Source of the DNA: Candidatus Hydrogenedentota bacterium
GTDB lineage: Bacteria; Hydrogenedentota; Hydrogenedentia; Hydrogenedentales; SLHB01
Direction: 5' to 3'
Length of the DNA: 64,000 nucleotides
Assembly (NCBI GenBank): GCA_963674865.2
Contig: CAXXYE010000009.1
Location: 1,824,001 to 1,888,000 of the forward strand
The notes under the pieces were generated by a model. It was not told the DNA's origin. It saw only the letters and a list, made by a program, of their open reading frames with translations, and did not search any database. Positions 9,205 through 18,334 of this stretch are shown in pieces. The translations under genes were made by a program, and so were the position numbers. The stretch's first letter is position 1, and every line of letters starts with the position of its first letter.

Positions 9205-9604
9205 ACGCCCGGTGGACGGGTGGCCAATCGCGAAAACCAGGGACAGAGGAGCCGTTGAAGAAGTCCGGAGTTGCCGCACGCAGGCCGCGAAAGGACCTGG
9301 GACAGTCCCGTCTGCGTCCGCCTGCGGCGGACTCCGCTTGGGACAGTCCCGGTCTTTCGCTCAACCTCTGGGGCGAATGCGACTTTTTCAACAGCTCCAC
9401 AGACACGTCTTCGCTTCACTCCGCTTGTGTCAGTCCTCGTTTTTCGCTTCCTGTTGGCTCTCCTTCGTCCGCGGATAAGCAACGTCAATTATGAGTCAGA
9501 AACACTTGAGAGACGAGCGACCTCAGCACTTGGTGAGCAGGTTTCGCAGGATGGGGCTGTTTCGATGCGCCGTGTGCGCGGCGCCGTCGAGTCATTCGGC
9601 GATG
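9205..9604. repeat. Copy of the ~157-bp element E, split by an inserted family-R repeat
   Basis: Left arm 9208..9232 matches the 54908 copy at 21/25. Right part 9511..9604 aligns with the 32982 copy; the last 30 nt match at 27/30. Confidence 0.75.
9248..9398. mobile_element. 151-bp MITE (family M) with 18-bp terminal inverted repeats
   Basis: Left GGAGCCGTTGAAGAAGTC, right GACTTTTTCAACAGCTCC (16/18 complementary); ACAG(A) on both flanks. Confidence 0.8.
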
Positions 9605-9700
9605 CGGGTCGTCACTTGCCCGGCCCGTGGCGGTTATGCGAGACTGGGCGGGCCGGCTTGGGCGCGGGTGTGGTGGCCGGCATGGGAGGTATGCATCAGT

Positions 9701-12700
9701 ATGCACAAGAAGGCCATTGCCTTTGCCGTCAAGTTGTTCGTCACGGTGGGCCTGTTCACGCTGCTTTTCCGGCCCGAGACATTTGGGCTCGCCCCGGATT
9801 TCTGGGGCGAGGACATCAGCCTTCGCTCCCTAATCGACGAGATTCGCTCCGTAGAAACCCACCATATTCTCGTGTGGGTGCTTTTTGCCGTGGCCGTGAA
9901 GCTCGCGGGCATGCTGTTCGGTGTACTGCGCTGGCGATTGCTCCTGCAGGGGCAGGGCCTTCGGATGCCGTTCTGGTATATGGTTCAGAGCTGGTTTGTG
10001 GGGCGCTTCATCGGGATCTTTCTACCGGGCACCATCGGCCTCGACGGCTACCGGCTTTACGATTCGTCGCTCTACACCGGGGAAGTGATCAAATCCTTCA
10101 CGGTGATCGCCGTGGAGAAGCTGATCGGGTTCGTTGCGCTGACGCTGCTCGTGTTTGTCACGTTCCCGATGGGGCTGCGGCTTTTGCCGTTCAAGATACC
10201 TGTCCTGCTGGTGTGCATGACGATCTTCGGCGGGTTCGTCGTGGTGTCGTTGCTCACGCTGTTGAATCCCCGCGTCATCCAGGTGTTGGTCGCGGTGATT
10301 CCGACGCCGAAAGCCGTCCGCAGCAAGTTCGACAAGCTCGGCGCGGCGGCCGCCGCGTATGGCGGGAGTCGTGGCCTGCTGCTGCTCGCCGTGCTCTGCG
10401 GCGTGTTGGTTCATGTGGGCACGTGCTTCATGTACTTCGGCACGATGTCGGCCATTCGCGCAGAAAACACCACCATTTTCGACATCTTCTTCACGAGTCC
10501 GCTCATGATTTGGGGCACCGTGCTCGGGCCTTCGGTCGGCGGCGAGGGCATTCGCGAGATCGTCTTCACGACGGTTCTCGGCGCCACGAGCGGCACCACC
10601 AAGGCATTTCTTATCGCCCATCTGGGCTGGTGGGTTGGCGAACTTGTCCCGTTCCTCATCGGACTGCCCATCTTCGTATTCCGCTCGCGGCCCAACAAGG
10701 AGGAAATGGAGGCCAAGGTGGCCGAGGCCCGCGCCAAAGCGGCGGCGGTGGACGCGGATGTCTCGCTTCACCTGACGCCTGAGCAGGTGCACGACTATCG
10801 CGACAGGATCATCAACGCCTTATTGGCCGGACTCGGCGGCGGGGTGCTGGGGGGCGCGCTGATCGGGCTCGCGGAGGCGGGCTGGGTTGTGAAGATGCTG
10901 CAAGGCCTGACGGAATTCAATATCTTCTGGTGGGGTCCGGCCGTGTACGCTGTCCTGTTTTCGGGCGTGGGGCTGGGCGTTGCCGGCGCGTTGCTGTTCC
11001 TCTATCTTCTGATGAACCGGTTTCTCCGGCCTCAGACTACCCTTGCCTTGTCGCTGGGCGGCGCCGTGGCGGCGGGTGCGCTCATCATCGGCCGGTTCCG
11101 TTTCCAGCGCGATGTTCTCATGGGGCACGGCATGTCCCTGGCGCAGAACGGCATGGTTCTCGTCGGGGCCGTTGGTATCGGGCTGGTTCTCGCCGTTGTG
11201 TTGGCGCTGATTCTTACGAAGGTGCGCGTGTCGCGGGCCAAGGGCGTGGCGGGAGCCGCGCTTGCCTTCGTCGTGCTGCTCGTTATTGGAGCGACGGCAG
11301 CCAAGACAGCGCCTTCTACGGCCCCGGAGGGGGTTTACCGGCCCGAGAAGGAGGCCAGTGGGCCGAATATCATTCTCATTGTGGTGGACGCTCTGCGGGC
11401 CGACTACCTGCCTCTGTTTTCGGCGGATGCCACGGCGAAGACGCCCCATATCGATGCCTTCGCTGAGGATTCGGTTGTTTTTCAGAACTGCTTTTCCCAG
11501 GCATCGTGGACGAAGCCTTCATTTGCCACCATCTTCTCGGGCCTCTATCCCGGCTCGCACACGGCGACCTCGAAGACGGCCGCACTGCCGGATGACGTAA
11601 CGACCTTTCCCGAGGTGCTTCTGGATGGGGGGTATTACACCAAGGGGTTCGCCAATAACGGCAATATCGCGCCGATCTTCGATTTCAATCAGGGCTTCGC
11701 GGATTACACGGAACTGAAGAAGAACCGCTGTCTCGGCGCCTCGGAGTCCGCGTCGAACCTGTCTTTGTACAACGCGCTCGTCAAGGCAAAGGAAGTGCTC
11801 GCCAAGAGGCTTTTCGGCGAGAAGATCACGATCACCGACTACTACCAGCCCGCCGAGGCCGTCACGCAAACGGCGCTCACGTGGATGGACGGCGCGGAGC
11901 GGCCCAAGGATGTGCCGTTCTTCTTGATGCTGCATTATATGGAGACGCACGATCCGTTCATGGATTGGGATTCGCCGGGCGTGGGCTATGCGCGCAGGCG
12001 CATGCCGAATCCCGATGCATCAGAGTATCTCGAGCCCATGAGGAAGGCGTACAACTCCGAGATTGAGCATCTGGACAAGTACCTCGGCGTGCTTTTCGAT
12101 GAACTCAAACAGCGCGGGATGTACGATGAGGCGCTGATCGTGGTGACGGCGGATCACGGGGAGGAGTTCTACGATCACGAGGGCTGGTGGCACGGCTTCA
12201 CGCTCTACGATGAGGTCATCCATATTCCTCTCATCGTCAAACAGCCGAAGGGGCGGCAGGCGGGTGTTGTGAGTGCGGATCTGGCGCGTCACATCGACCT
12301 CGGGCCGACGTTCCTGCAATGCGCGCGTCTTGAGAAGCCGGACAGCATGCCCGGCGAGTCCCTGCTGAATCCCGATGGCTCGTGCGCGAATGCCGATGTC
12401 GGATATGCCTACTCTGAGAATGACTTCGAGGGGAACGTGCTCGAAGCGGTTCGGACGAAGGACGCCAAGCTTATCCGCGCCAATGAGGATAACGTCAGCG
12501 GCCTGGAGCCCGTCGAGTTCTATGATCTCGCGACGGATCCGGGGGAGCAGACGAATCGCGCGGGGGAGAATGACGCCCGTGAGGACGCGCTGATGAATCT
12601 GCTGGATGGTATGCGGGCGCACATCAAGGAGCATGCCGCCCAGCCCACGCTGCTTGACGAGTTGCCGAGCGACTTGGAGGAGCGGCTGGGCGCCATCGGC

Positions 12701-12715
12701 TACTTGGGCGATTAG
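9701..12715 (+). CDS. Fusion of a lysylphosphatidylglycerol-synthase TM (flippase-like, UPF0104) domain, a TM linker and a C-terminal sulfatase-fold domain (1004 aa)
   Basis: N-terminal RWRLLL, FLPGTIGLDGYR, EKLIG and GGEGIRE motifs; C-terminal NIILIVVDALRAD, ASWTKPS, LHYMETHDP, TADHGEEF and LYDE..HIPLI. GGGAGG RBS before ATG 9701. Confidence 0.8.
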   Translation: MHKKAIAFAVKLFVTVGLFTLLFRPETFGLAPDFWGEDISLRSLIDEIRSVETHHILVWVLFAVAVKLAGMLFGVLRWRLLLQGQGLRMPFWYMVQSWFVGRFIGIFLPGTIGLDGYRLYDSSLYTGEVIKSFTVIAVEKLIGFVALTLLVFVTFPMGLRLLPFKIPVLLVCMTIFGGFVVVSLLTLLNPRVIQVLVAVIPTPKAVRSKFDKLGAAAAAYGGSRGLLLLAVLCGVLVHVGTCFMYFGTMSAIRAENTTIFDIFFTSPLMIWGTVLGPSVGGEGIREIVFTTVLGATSGTTKAFLIAHLGWWVGELVPFLIGLPIFVFRSRPNKEEMEAKVAEARAKAAAVDADVSLHLTPEQVHDYRDRIINALLAGLGGGVLGGALIGLAEAGWVVKMLQGLTEFNIFWWGPAVYAVLFSGVGLGVAGALLFLYLLMNRFLRPQTTLALSLGGAVAAGALIIGRFRFQRDVLMGHGMSLAQNGMVLVGAVGIGLVLAVVLALILTKVRVSRAKGVAGAALAFVVLLVIGATAAKTAPSTAPEGVYRPEKEASGPNIILIVVDALRADYLPLFSADATAKTPHIDAFAEDSVVFQNCFSQASWTKPSFATIFSGLYPGSHTATSKTAALPDDVTTFPEVLLDGGYYTKGFANNGNIAPIFDFNQGFADYTELKKNRCLGASESASNLSLYNALVKAKEVLAKRLFGEKITITDYYQPAEAVTQTALTWMDGAERPKDVPFFLMLHYMETHDPFMDWDSPGVGYARRRMPNPDASEYLEPMRKAYNSEIEHLDKYLGVLFDELKQRGMYDEALIVVTADHGEEFYDHEGWWHGFTLYDEVIHIPLIVKQPKGRQAGVVSADLARHIDLGPTFLQCARLEKPDSMPGESLLNPDGSCANADVGYAYSENDFEGNVLEAVRTKDAKLIRANEDNVSGLEPVEFYDLATDPGEQTNRAGENDAREDALMNLLDGMRAHIKEHAAQPTLLDELPSDLEERLGAIGYLGD

Positions 12716-12763
12716 GGTGTGAGCCGTACCGTTTGCGCTTCATTTTCTGCTGGTGGAAAACGT

Positions 12764-12814
12764 GGGACAGACACGTCTCGTCCGCCTGAGGCGGACTTCG
12801 CTTTTGTCAGTCCC
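12764..12814. repeat. Short family-R hairpin copy
   Basis: GGGACAGACA...GTCCGCCTGAGGCGGAC...TGTCAGTCCC nested stems. Confidence 0.8.
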
Positions 12815-12867
12815 CGTTTTCCGCTCCTGGGCACGTCCCGGCGCGCGGCGCGGCCTCGGGCGAAGAT

Positions 12868-13455
12868 ATGAACCTTCACCGGCTTCTCAAGAATCCGCGT
12901 GTTTATGAAGCGAAGGGCAATATCCTTTCCTTTGGCAGGCGGAGCGTGCGCAGGTATCTCGCCGCCAATTTCGCCCTTCCCGTTGGAAGCCGTGTGCTGG
13001 ATGTGGGATGCGGCACAGGCGGCCACGCGGACGGCTTTTCGTGCGCCTTCTACGGCGTGGACATGAACGCCGCCTACATCCGCTTCGCCGGTGCGCATCG
13101 GCCGGGGGCCTTTTCCGTTATGGATGGCGCGTACCTCGGATTCCCCGATCAGTCTTTCGACCTCACGTTCTGTGTGGGTTTGTGCCACCACCTTAGCGAT
13201 GCGGAGGTGCGCGCGGCGGCGGCGGAGATGAAGCGCGTCACGAGGCGAGGGGGGGAGGTTGTGATCATCGACGGCGTTTTCCCGAGGAAGGCCAATGTGT
13301 TGGGATACGCGCTGTTCAAGCTCGATCGCGGGGGCCATACGCGAAAGTTGGGGCCCCTGGAGGGCCTGTTGGGCGAGGAAGGGTTCGACGTGATCGAGGA
13401 GAATATTGAGGGTAGTTTCCCCTATCGTCGCGTGGTCTTTCGCCATCGCCGTTGA
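12868..13455 (+). CDS. Class I SAM-dependent methyltransferase
   Basis: VLDVGCGTG motif I, FPDQSFD, LCHH and RVTRRGG motifs. Confidence 0.85.
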   Translation: MNLHRLLKNPRVYEAKGNILSFGRRSVRRYLAANFALPVGSRVLDVGCGTGGHADGFSCAFYGVDMNAAYIRFAGAHRPGAFSVMDGAYLGFPDQSFDLTFCVGLCHHLSDAEVRAAAAEMKRVTRRGGEVVIIDGVFPRKANVLGYALFKLDRGGHTRKLGPLEGLLGEEGFDVIEENIEGSFPYRRVVFRHRR

Positions 13456-13540
13456 GGTCGTGGGGAGGGCCTGTGTTCGATGGGGTAGGGGAGGTGGCGT
13501 GTCCGGAGCCGTTCTTGAGACGCGCCCGGGTGTGCTATCA

Positions 13541-13702
13541 CCCCTTCGGGGCTACGGATTGGTGACGGCTCGTGTCCGTGGGTTCGCTTCGCTCACCCAC
13601 GGCTAGATGCTGCCGCCCCTTCGGGGCTGTTGCTGGGGTGGGGTTGGGTTCCGTGGGTTTGCTTCGCTCAGCTGCGGCTCCATGCGGCCGCCCCTTCGGG
13701 GC
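13541..13702. repeat. REP/BIME-like array with a 75-bp period
   Basis: CCCCTTCGGGG hairpins at 13541, 13616 and 13691, alternating with TCCGTGGGTTYGCTTCGCTCA units. Confidence 0.8.
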
Positions 13703-13928
13703 GCGGGGTTGTTGATGTCTCTTGTCCTTGAATCCAGGCACCCGGCCATGGCGAAGCTGAATTGGTTTTGGCGGAATGACTTGCCCTATAATGCGGGCCA
13801 CCGCGAGTTCCGAACGCTTTGGGCGTTCGTCTGCCAAGGCTGCGTTTCCGAGTGTCCGCATCGAGTCCGGGCCGCCGTCCGGCGCGGGCCGGAGCCGCAA
13901 TGATGCACGTAATTTAAGGAGAAGGTTC

Positions 13929-15143
13929 ATGTCAGTACTGCAAGGCAAGGTATTGGTTGCGCAAGGCGGCGGGCCGACAGCCGTCATCAACCAGAGTTTC
14001 GTCGGGGCCGTGCTCGAGTCGCGCAAGTTCCCGCAGGTGACGCGCGTCTACGGCGCCTTGCACGGCGTCAACGGCATCATCAACGAGAACTTCCTGGACC
14101 TCACCGAGGCGACTACGCACAACCTGGAGGCCGTGGGCCAGACGCCATCTTCGGGATTGTTGTCGACGCGGGACAAACCGGACGTGGCCTATTGCCGCGA
14201 GATCTTCAAGGTTTGCCAAGCTCACGATGTTCGCTATTTTTTCTACATCGGCGGCAATGACAGCGCCGATACCTGCCGGATCGTCAATGAAGAGGCCGAC
14301 AAGGCGGGATACGAACTCCGGGTGATCCATATCCCGAAAACCATTGATAACGACCTGAAAGTCACCGATCACTGTCCCGGCTACGGGTCGGCAGCCAAGT
14401 TTGTGGCGCAGGCTTTTGCCGGCGTCAATCTCGACAACCGCGCGCTGCCCGGCGCGTATATCGGCGTCGTCATGGGGCGGCACGCGGGCTTTCTGACGGC
14501 GGCCGCGAGCCTGGCGCGGAAGTATCCTGACGATGGCCCGCACCTCATCTATTTGCCTGAGCGGCCCTTCTCGAAGGCCGAGTTCCTCAAGGATGTGAAG
14601 GAAGCCTACGAAAAGAACGGGCGGTGCATTGTGGCGGTTTCCGAAGGCATCGTCGACACCAAGGGTAAGGCTATCGCGGAGCAGTTCAGTGCGGGTGAGA
14701 AGGATAGCCACGGCAATGTCCAGCTTTCGGGCACGGGCGCCCTCGGCGATCTGCTCAGTTCGTGGATCAAGGACGGGACGGACATCAAGCGCGTGCGCGC
14801 GGACACGCTTGGCTACTTGCAGCGGAGTTTCCTCGGGTGCGTCAGCGAGGTGGATCAGTTTGAGGCGCGCGAGGTGGGCGAGAAGGCCGCCCAGTACGCC
14901 ATCTGGCACAGCCGGGATGGATCCGTGGCGATTCGTCGCGTGGGCGATTACGCTGTCGAGTACTTCTTGGCCAAGTTGACGGACGTGGCGCGGGAGTCCG
15001 TCTCGATGCCGGATCGGTTCATCAACAAGAAGGGCAACGGCATAACGGAGGCTTTCATCAAGTACGCGCGGCCTCTGATCGGCGATTTGCCGATCATGGA
15101 GCGCATCGCCGCACCTAAGGTGGAGAAGGTGCTGAAGGCGTAG
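13929..15143 (+). CDS. pfp: 6-phosphofructokinase, probably PPi-dependent
   Basis: AQGGGPTAVIN, IGGNDS (Asp at the phosphoryl-donor position), PKTIDND and MGRHAG motifs. AAGGAG RBS. Confidence 0.85.
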   Translation: MSVLQGKVLVAQGGGPTAVINQSFVGAVLESRKFPQVTRVYGALHGVNGIINENFLDLTEATTHNLEAVGQTPSSGLLSTRDKPDVAYCREIFKVCQAHDVRYFFYIGGNDSADTCRIVNEEADKAGYELRVIHIPKTIDNDLKVTDHCPGYGSAAKFVAQAFAGVNLDNRALPGAYIGVVMGRHAGFLTAAASLARKYPDDGPHLIYLPERPFSKAEFLKDVKEAYEKNGRCIVAVSEGIVDTKGKAIAEQFSAGEKDSHGNVQLSGTGALGDLLSSWIKDGTDIKRVRADTLGYLQRSFLGCVSEVDQFEAREVGEKAAQYAIWHSRDGSVAIRRVGDYAVEYFLAKLTDVARESVSMPDRFINKKGNGITEAFIKYARPLIGDLPIMERIAAPKVEKVLKA

Positions 15144-15180
15144 CACAGAGTCTCGAAAGCGAGGTGAAATCGGGGACAGA

Positions 15181-15332
15181 GGAGCCGCTGAAAAAGTCCG
15201 GAGTTGCTGCACGCAGGCCGCGAAAGGACCTGGGACAGTCCCGTCTACGTCCGCCTGCGGCGGACTCCGCTTGGGACAGTCCCGGTCTTTCGCTCGAGCC
15301 TCTGGGGCGAATGCGACTTTTTCAACAGATCC
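15181..15332. mobile_element. 152-bp MITE (family M), copy 2
   Basis: GGAGCCGCTGAAAAAGTC...GACTTTTTCAACAGATCC, flanked by GGGACAGA on the left and ACAGTCCC on the right; near-identical to 9248..9398. Confidence 0.8.
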
Positions 15333-15469
15333 ACAGTCCCGTCTCGTCCGCCTGAGGCGGACTCGCGTGGGACAGTCCCCGATTTCTTGTGCGTCTGTGC
15401 GGACGCTGCTATGTTGAGGGGCGACGCGACGATGTCCCGCCTCCGGGACGCGTGGGGAGAGGGGAAGAC

Positions 15470-16378
15470 GTGCTCGCTGCGCTCATAGGAACCATGCTGC
15501 TGGCGCAGGCTGATGTGGCGGAGCCGGGCGCGGTGTTTCCGATGGTGCAGGCCGTCCCGCTGCCGGACGCGCAGATCGCCCTTGTGGTGGCTGGGCGGGA
15601 GGTAGCGCGTTACCACTTCGGCCCGGCCGCGCCGAAGCCGTACATTTTTCCGCTGATAGGGCCGGCCGGGCGGCCCGTCACTCGCCTGGGCCATCCTCAC
15701 GATCCCGAAGGCCACCGGCACCACCGTTCCGTTTGGATCGGCCACCAGGATGTGAACGGCGTCAACTTCTGGGAGGAGACGAGCGGCGCGCGGGTGGTGC
15801 ATGAAGCTGTCGAGACGCTAGTGGACGGCCCTGAATCGGCCTCCATTGTTGTCTGCAATGTGTGGCGCGACGCCGCCGGGGAGCCGGTGATGCGGGAGCG
15901 GCGCACCATGACGCTACGGAGGCTTCCTGATGGCGAGTCCCTTCTTGATGTGACGTTGGCGCTGACGCCTTCCGGCGAGGCGGTGACGCTGGGGAAGACG
16001 CCTTTCGGGTTCTTGGGGGTGCGCGTTGCCAAGACGATGAGCGTGCACGACGGCGGGGGAGCGGTGCGCAACTCTGAAGGCGGCGTGAATGAGGCCGGCA
16101 CCCACTGGAAGCAGGCGCGATGGGTAGACTACGCAGGGCCGGTGACGCCTACGGAGCGCAACGGCGTTGCCCTCTTCGATCATCCGTCGAATCCGAGGTT
16201 CCCGACGTACTTCCACGTTCGCGATGACGGCTGGATGGGCGCCGCGTTCTGCTACGCCGAACCTTACCAACTGAGTGGCGACACGCCCCTTACGCTACGG
16301 TACCGGCTCTACGTTCACGGGGGCGGGGCCGGAGCAGACGCAATCGAGCAGCATTGGCGGGAATTCGCTCAGGATTGA
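15470..16378 (+). CDS. DUF6807 / PF14100 ('PmoA-like') beta-sandwich protein
   Basis: KPYIFPL, HRHHRSVW, VNFW, GVRVA, WVDY.G and DHPSNPR.P motifs. GTG start inferred. Confidence 0.7.
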   Translation: MLAALIGTMLLAQADVAEPGAVFPMVQAVPLPDAQIALVVAGREVARYHFGPAAPKPYIFPLIGPAGRPVTRLGHPHDPEGHRHHRSVWIGHQDVNGVNFWEETSGARVVHEAVETLVDGPESASIVVCNVWRDAAGEPVMRERRTMTLRRLPDGESLLDVTLALTPSGEAVTLGKTPFGFLGVRVAKTMSVHDGGGAVRNSEGGVNEAGTHWKQARWVDYAGPVTPTERNGVALFDHPSNPRFPTYFHVRDDGWMGAAFCYAEPYQLSGDTPLTLRYRLYVHGGGAGADAIEQHWREFAQD

Positions 16379-17805
16379 GCCGAGGACTCGGATCTGCCCC
16401 ATAGTATTCCCCAGACAATTTCGTCCGCGATTGCCACGGAGATTCCCGCAACCGTATCGTAATGTTCGTGCGTGCCGTCCTCGCTATCCAGTTGATCTAC
16501 GCCATCGGGCCCCGTGCTGTATAGGATGTAGGCCGGATCCTTCCGGACATAGTGCATCTCCGCGCCGGAGAAGGCGTCGATGGGCACTTCGTTGAGATAG
16601 CTGGGCACGAGGGCCGTCAGTGTCTCGGGATACTGGCCGTGGTTCCTCTTGTAAGCGCAGAGGGCCAAGGCAATCCGGGCCTGCATGATCTGGACCTCAT
16701 GGGCGGTCTTTGACTTCAACGGCCCCTCGACGCTTTGCGCCAGGATTTCGACGACCGGCTGCGTCTGTTTCAGGGCGCTGACTTGCTCATGGAGCCGCGC
16801 GCATATCTGTGACGCTTCTCTGTAAGGCAACCGGACAGCGGCGATGTACTGTCGAAAGATCGAGAGGAGTGCCGCTTCATCCTGCGCCCTGAGAAAGGTG
16901 AAGTAACGGGAGCAGTACAGCCTCGTTCTCACTTCATCCTCGAGTCCGTATGGATTTTCAGCGCCTCGCCATGTCCTATGTTGCGTGACGATTTTCCCGG
17001 TCAACTGCCTGCCCCCAATGAGGTCGCTCTGCAAAGCGATGGGCAGGGCTTCTGGGCGAATGGACTGCGTCAACACCCCATCCAAGTGTTGAATGATCTC
17101 ATCCGACGGTTTAGCCTCGAGCACGATCCTTGCAAGGACGTGTGTTGCACTGGCGCGAGCTGCCCAGGTTAGCTGGAAGGCCAACAGGTTTGGAAAGTCC
17201 ATGACGTGGTCGGACAGTTCGTAAGAATATGCAATGCTCTCGAATGCCTTGGCGTCATTGCCGTCGAGATGGGCCACGAGCGCGTCGAGCAGCAGAAGTT
17301 GGGTGAGACTGAGAAAGGCCGGCAAATTGGGGACCGCACATCTGAAGAAGTCTTCGTCCATGTGCGACAGACGAATGATCTCTTGTATAGGTGTTGGCGG
17401 CAACTCTGCGACGGCCTTGAGTTTCTCGACGAATTCCCGGTTGGCCTCCAACAGCGCACGGGCCTCGTCCATCTCTTCGGGCGTCAGCTCCTGCGTGTCG
17501 TACAGCTTTTCGGCAATTCTGTACCAAGGCCAGTTCTTGCAGTCCACGTTTGAGCCGACTCCGGCGGTTTCGGGAGAAAGGAAGAACGCGGCGGCGCTCT
17601 CTTCGATGGGGCCGGTGAAGAGCGGGGTCGACTTCGGCCGGCTCGAACGCAGGTCGGCGAAGGTAAGGGCTATGCCGTCCGCCTCCGCCCCGGTCTCCTG
17701 GCGTGCGAGTTCTCGCTCGGCCCTCACAGATAGCAGGAAGCCGGCCGCGGCCGCGACGACCACCAAAGTCACCAAACCGACTAGCGCCGAAGTGATCCAC
17801 TGCAT
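16369..17805 (-). CDS. Membrane-anchored hypothetical protein with a C-terminal GspG/pseudopilin-like module
   Basis: Single N-terminal TM; C-terminal G.YPETL..LVP.YL.EVP.D.F and LYSTGPDGVD. Confidence 0.6.
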   Translation of the reverse strand: MQWITSALVGLVTLVVVAAAAGFLLSVRAERELARQETGAEADGIALTFADLRSSRPKSTPLFTGPIEESAAAFFLSPETAGVGSNVDCKNWPWYRIAEKLYDTQELTPEEMDEARALLEANREFVEKLKAVAELPPTPIQEIIRLSHMDEDFFRCAVPNLPAFLSLTQLLLLDALVAHLDGNDAKAFESIAYSYELSDHVMDFPNLLAFQLTWAARASATHVLARIVLEAKPSDEIIQHLDGVLTQSIRPEALPIALQSDLIGGRQLTGKIVTQHRTWRGAENPYGLEDEVRTRLYCSRYFTFLRAQDEAALLSIFRQYIAAVRLPYREASQICARLHEQVSALKQTQPVVEILAQSVEGPLKSKTAHEVQIMQARIALALCAYKRNHGQYPETLTALVPSYLNEVPIDAFSGAEMHYVRKDPAYILYSTGPDGVDQLDSEDGTHEHYDTVAGISVAIADEIVWGILWGRSESSAQS

Positions 17806-17869
17806 GGCATTCTCCCCCGGTTACGCGTCCACTCTCCAAGCCGGGCGGGCCGAAGAGCAGATCTGTAGC

Positions 17870-18334
17870 CTACTCCTCCTCGTCGTCCCCGCCTTCTTCG
17901 TCGTCTTCGTCGTCCGTCTGGAGCAGCGAGATATCCTGGCCGGCCTTGTCCATGACGTCCTCGGCTGCGAAGACGGGACATCCGGCGCGGACGGCGATGG
18001 CTATGCCGTCGCTGGGCCGGGAGTCAACGCGGAGGATCTGCTCGATCTGTCCGTCGGCGTTTTTCTGTTCGATATTGAGCTGGGCGAAAAACGTGTCGTT
18101 CTCGAGTTTGTAGATCGCGACGGACTTGATGTCGCCCCGGAGGCCGGCGAGCAGGTTGCACACGAGGTCGTGCGTCATCGGCCGCGGGAAAGCCACCTTG
18201 GCGAGTCCGTAGTGAATGGCCTCCGCCTCGGCGAGTCCCACCATGATCGGCAGCAGACGGTCTTCGTTTCGCAGCAGCACTACCGGCTGGTGCTCTCCGT
18301 CGCTGCTGACGCCCAGTACTTCCAGCTCGAGCAT
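17870..18334 (-). CDS. Bifunctional nuclease (DUF151) family protein
   Basis: LPIMVG..EA.AI, RPMTHDL and DSRPSD.IAIA motifs; acidic tail. Confidence 0.9.
   Translation of the reverse strand: MLELEVLGVSSDGEHQPVVLLRNEDRLLPIMVGLAEAEAIHYGLAKVAFPRPMTHDLVCNLLAGLRGDIKSVAIYKLENDTFFAQLNIEQKNADGQIEQILRVDSRPSDGIAIAVRAGCPVFAAEDVMDKAGQDISLLQTDDEDDEEGGDDEEE

Noticed and set aside
9255..9494. Three near-identical short ORFs (KKSGVAARRPRKDLGQSR...) at 9255, 15164 and 29297, plus their other-frame and antisense counterparts
   Set aside because: They are translations of the MITE/REP repeat, with inconsistent starts and stops and no transposase motifs.
9491..9700. 70-aa N-terminal extension of the 1074-aa ORF
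   Set aside because: It runs through repeat R and element E; a good RBS precedes ATG 9701.
13541..13702. Possible CRISPR array (regular period of 75 bp)
   Set aside because: The 'spacers' are similar to each other, the repeat is only an 11-13 bp hairpin, and no cas genes are present.
15470..16378. Methane monooxygenase, from the Pfam name PmoA
   Set aside because: Soluble beta-rich DUF6807-type protein without the multi-TM pMMO architecture; no pmoB or pmoC.
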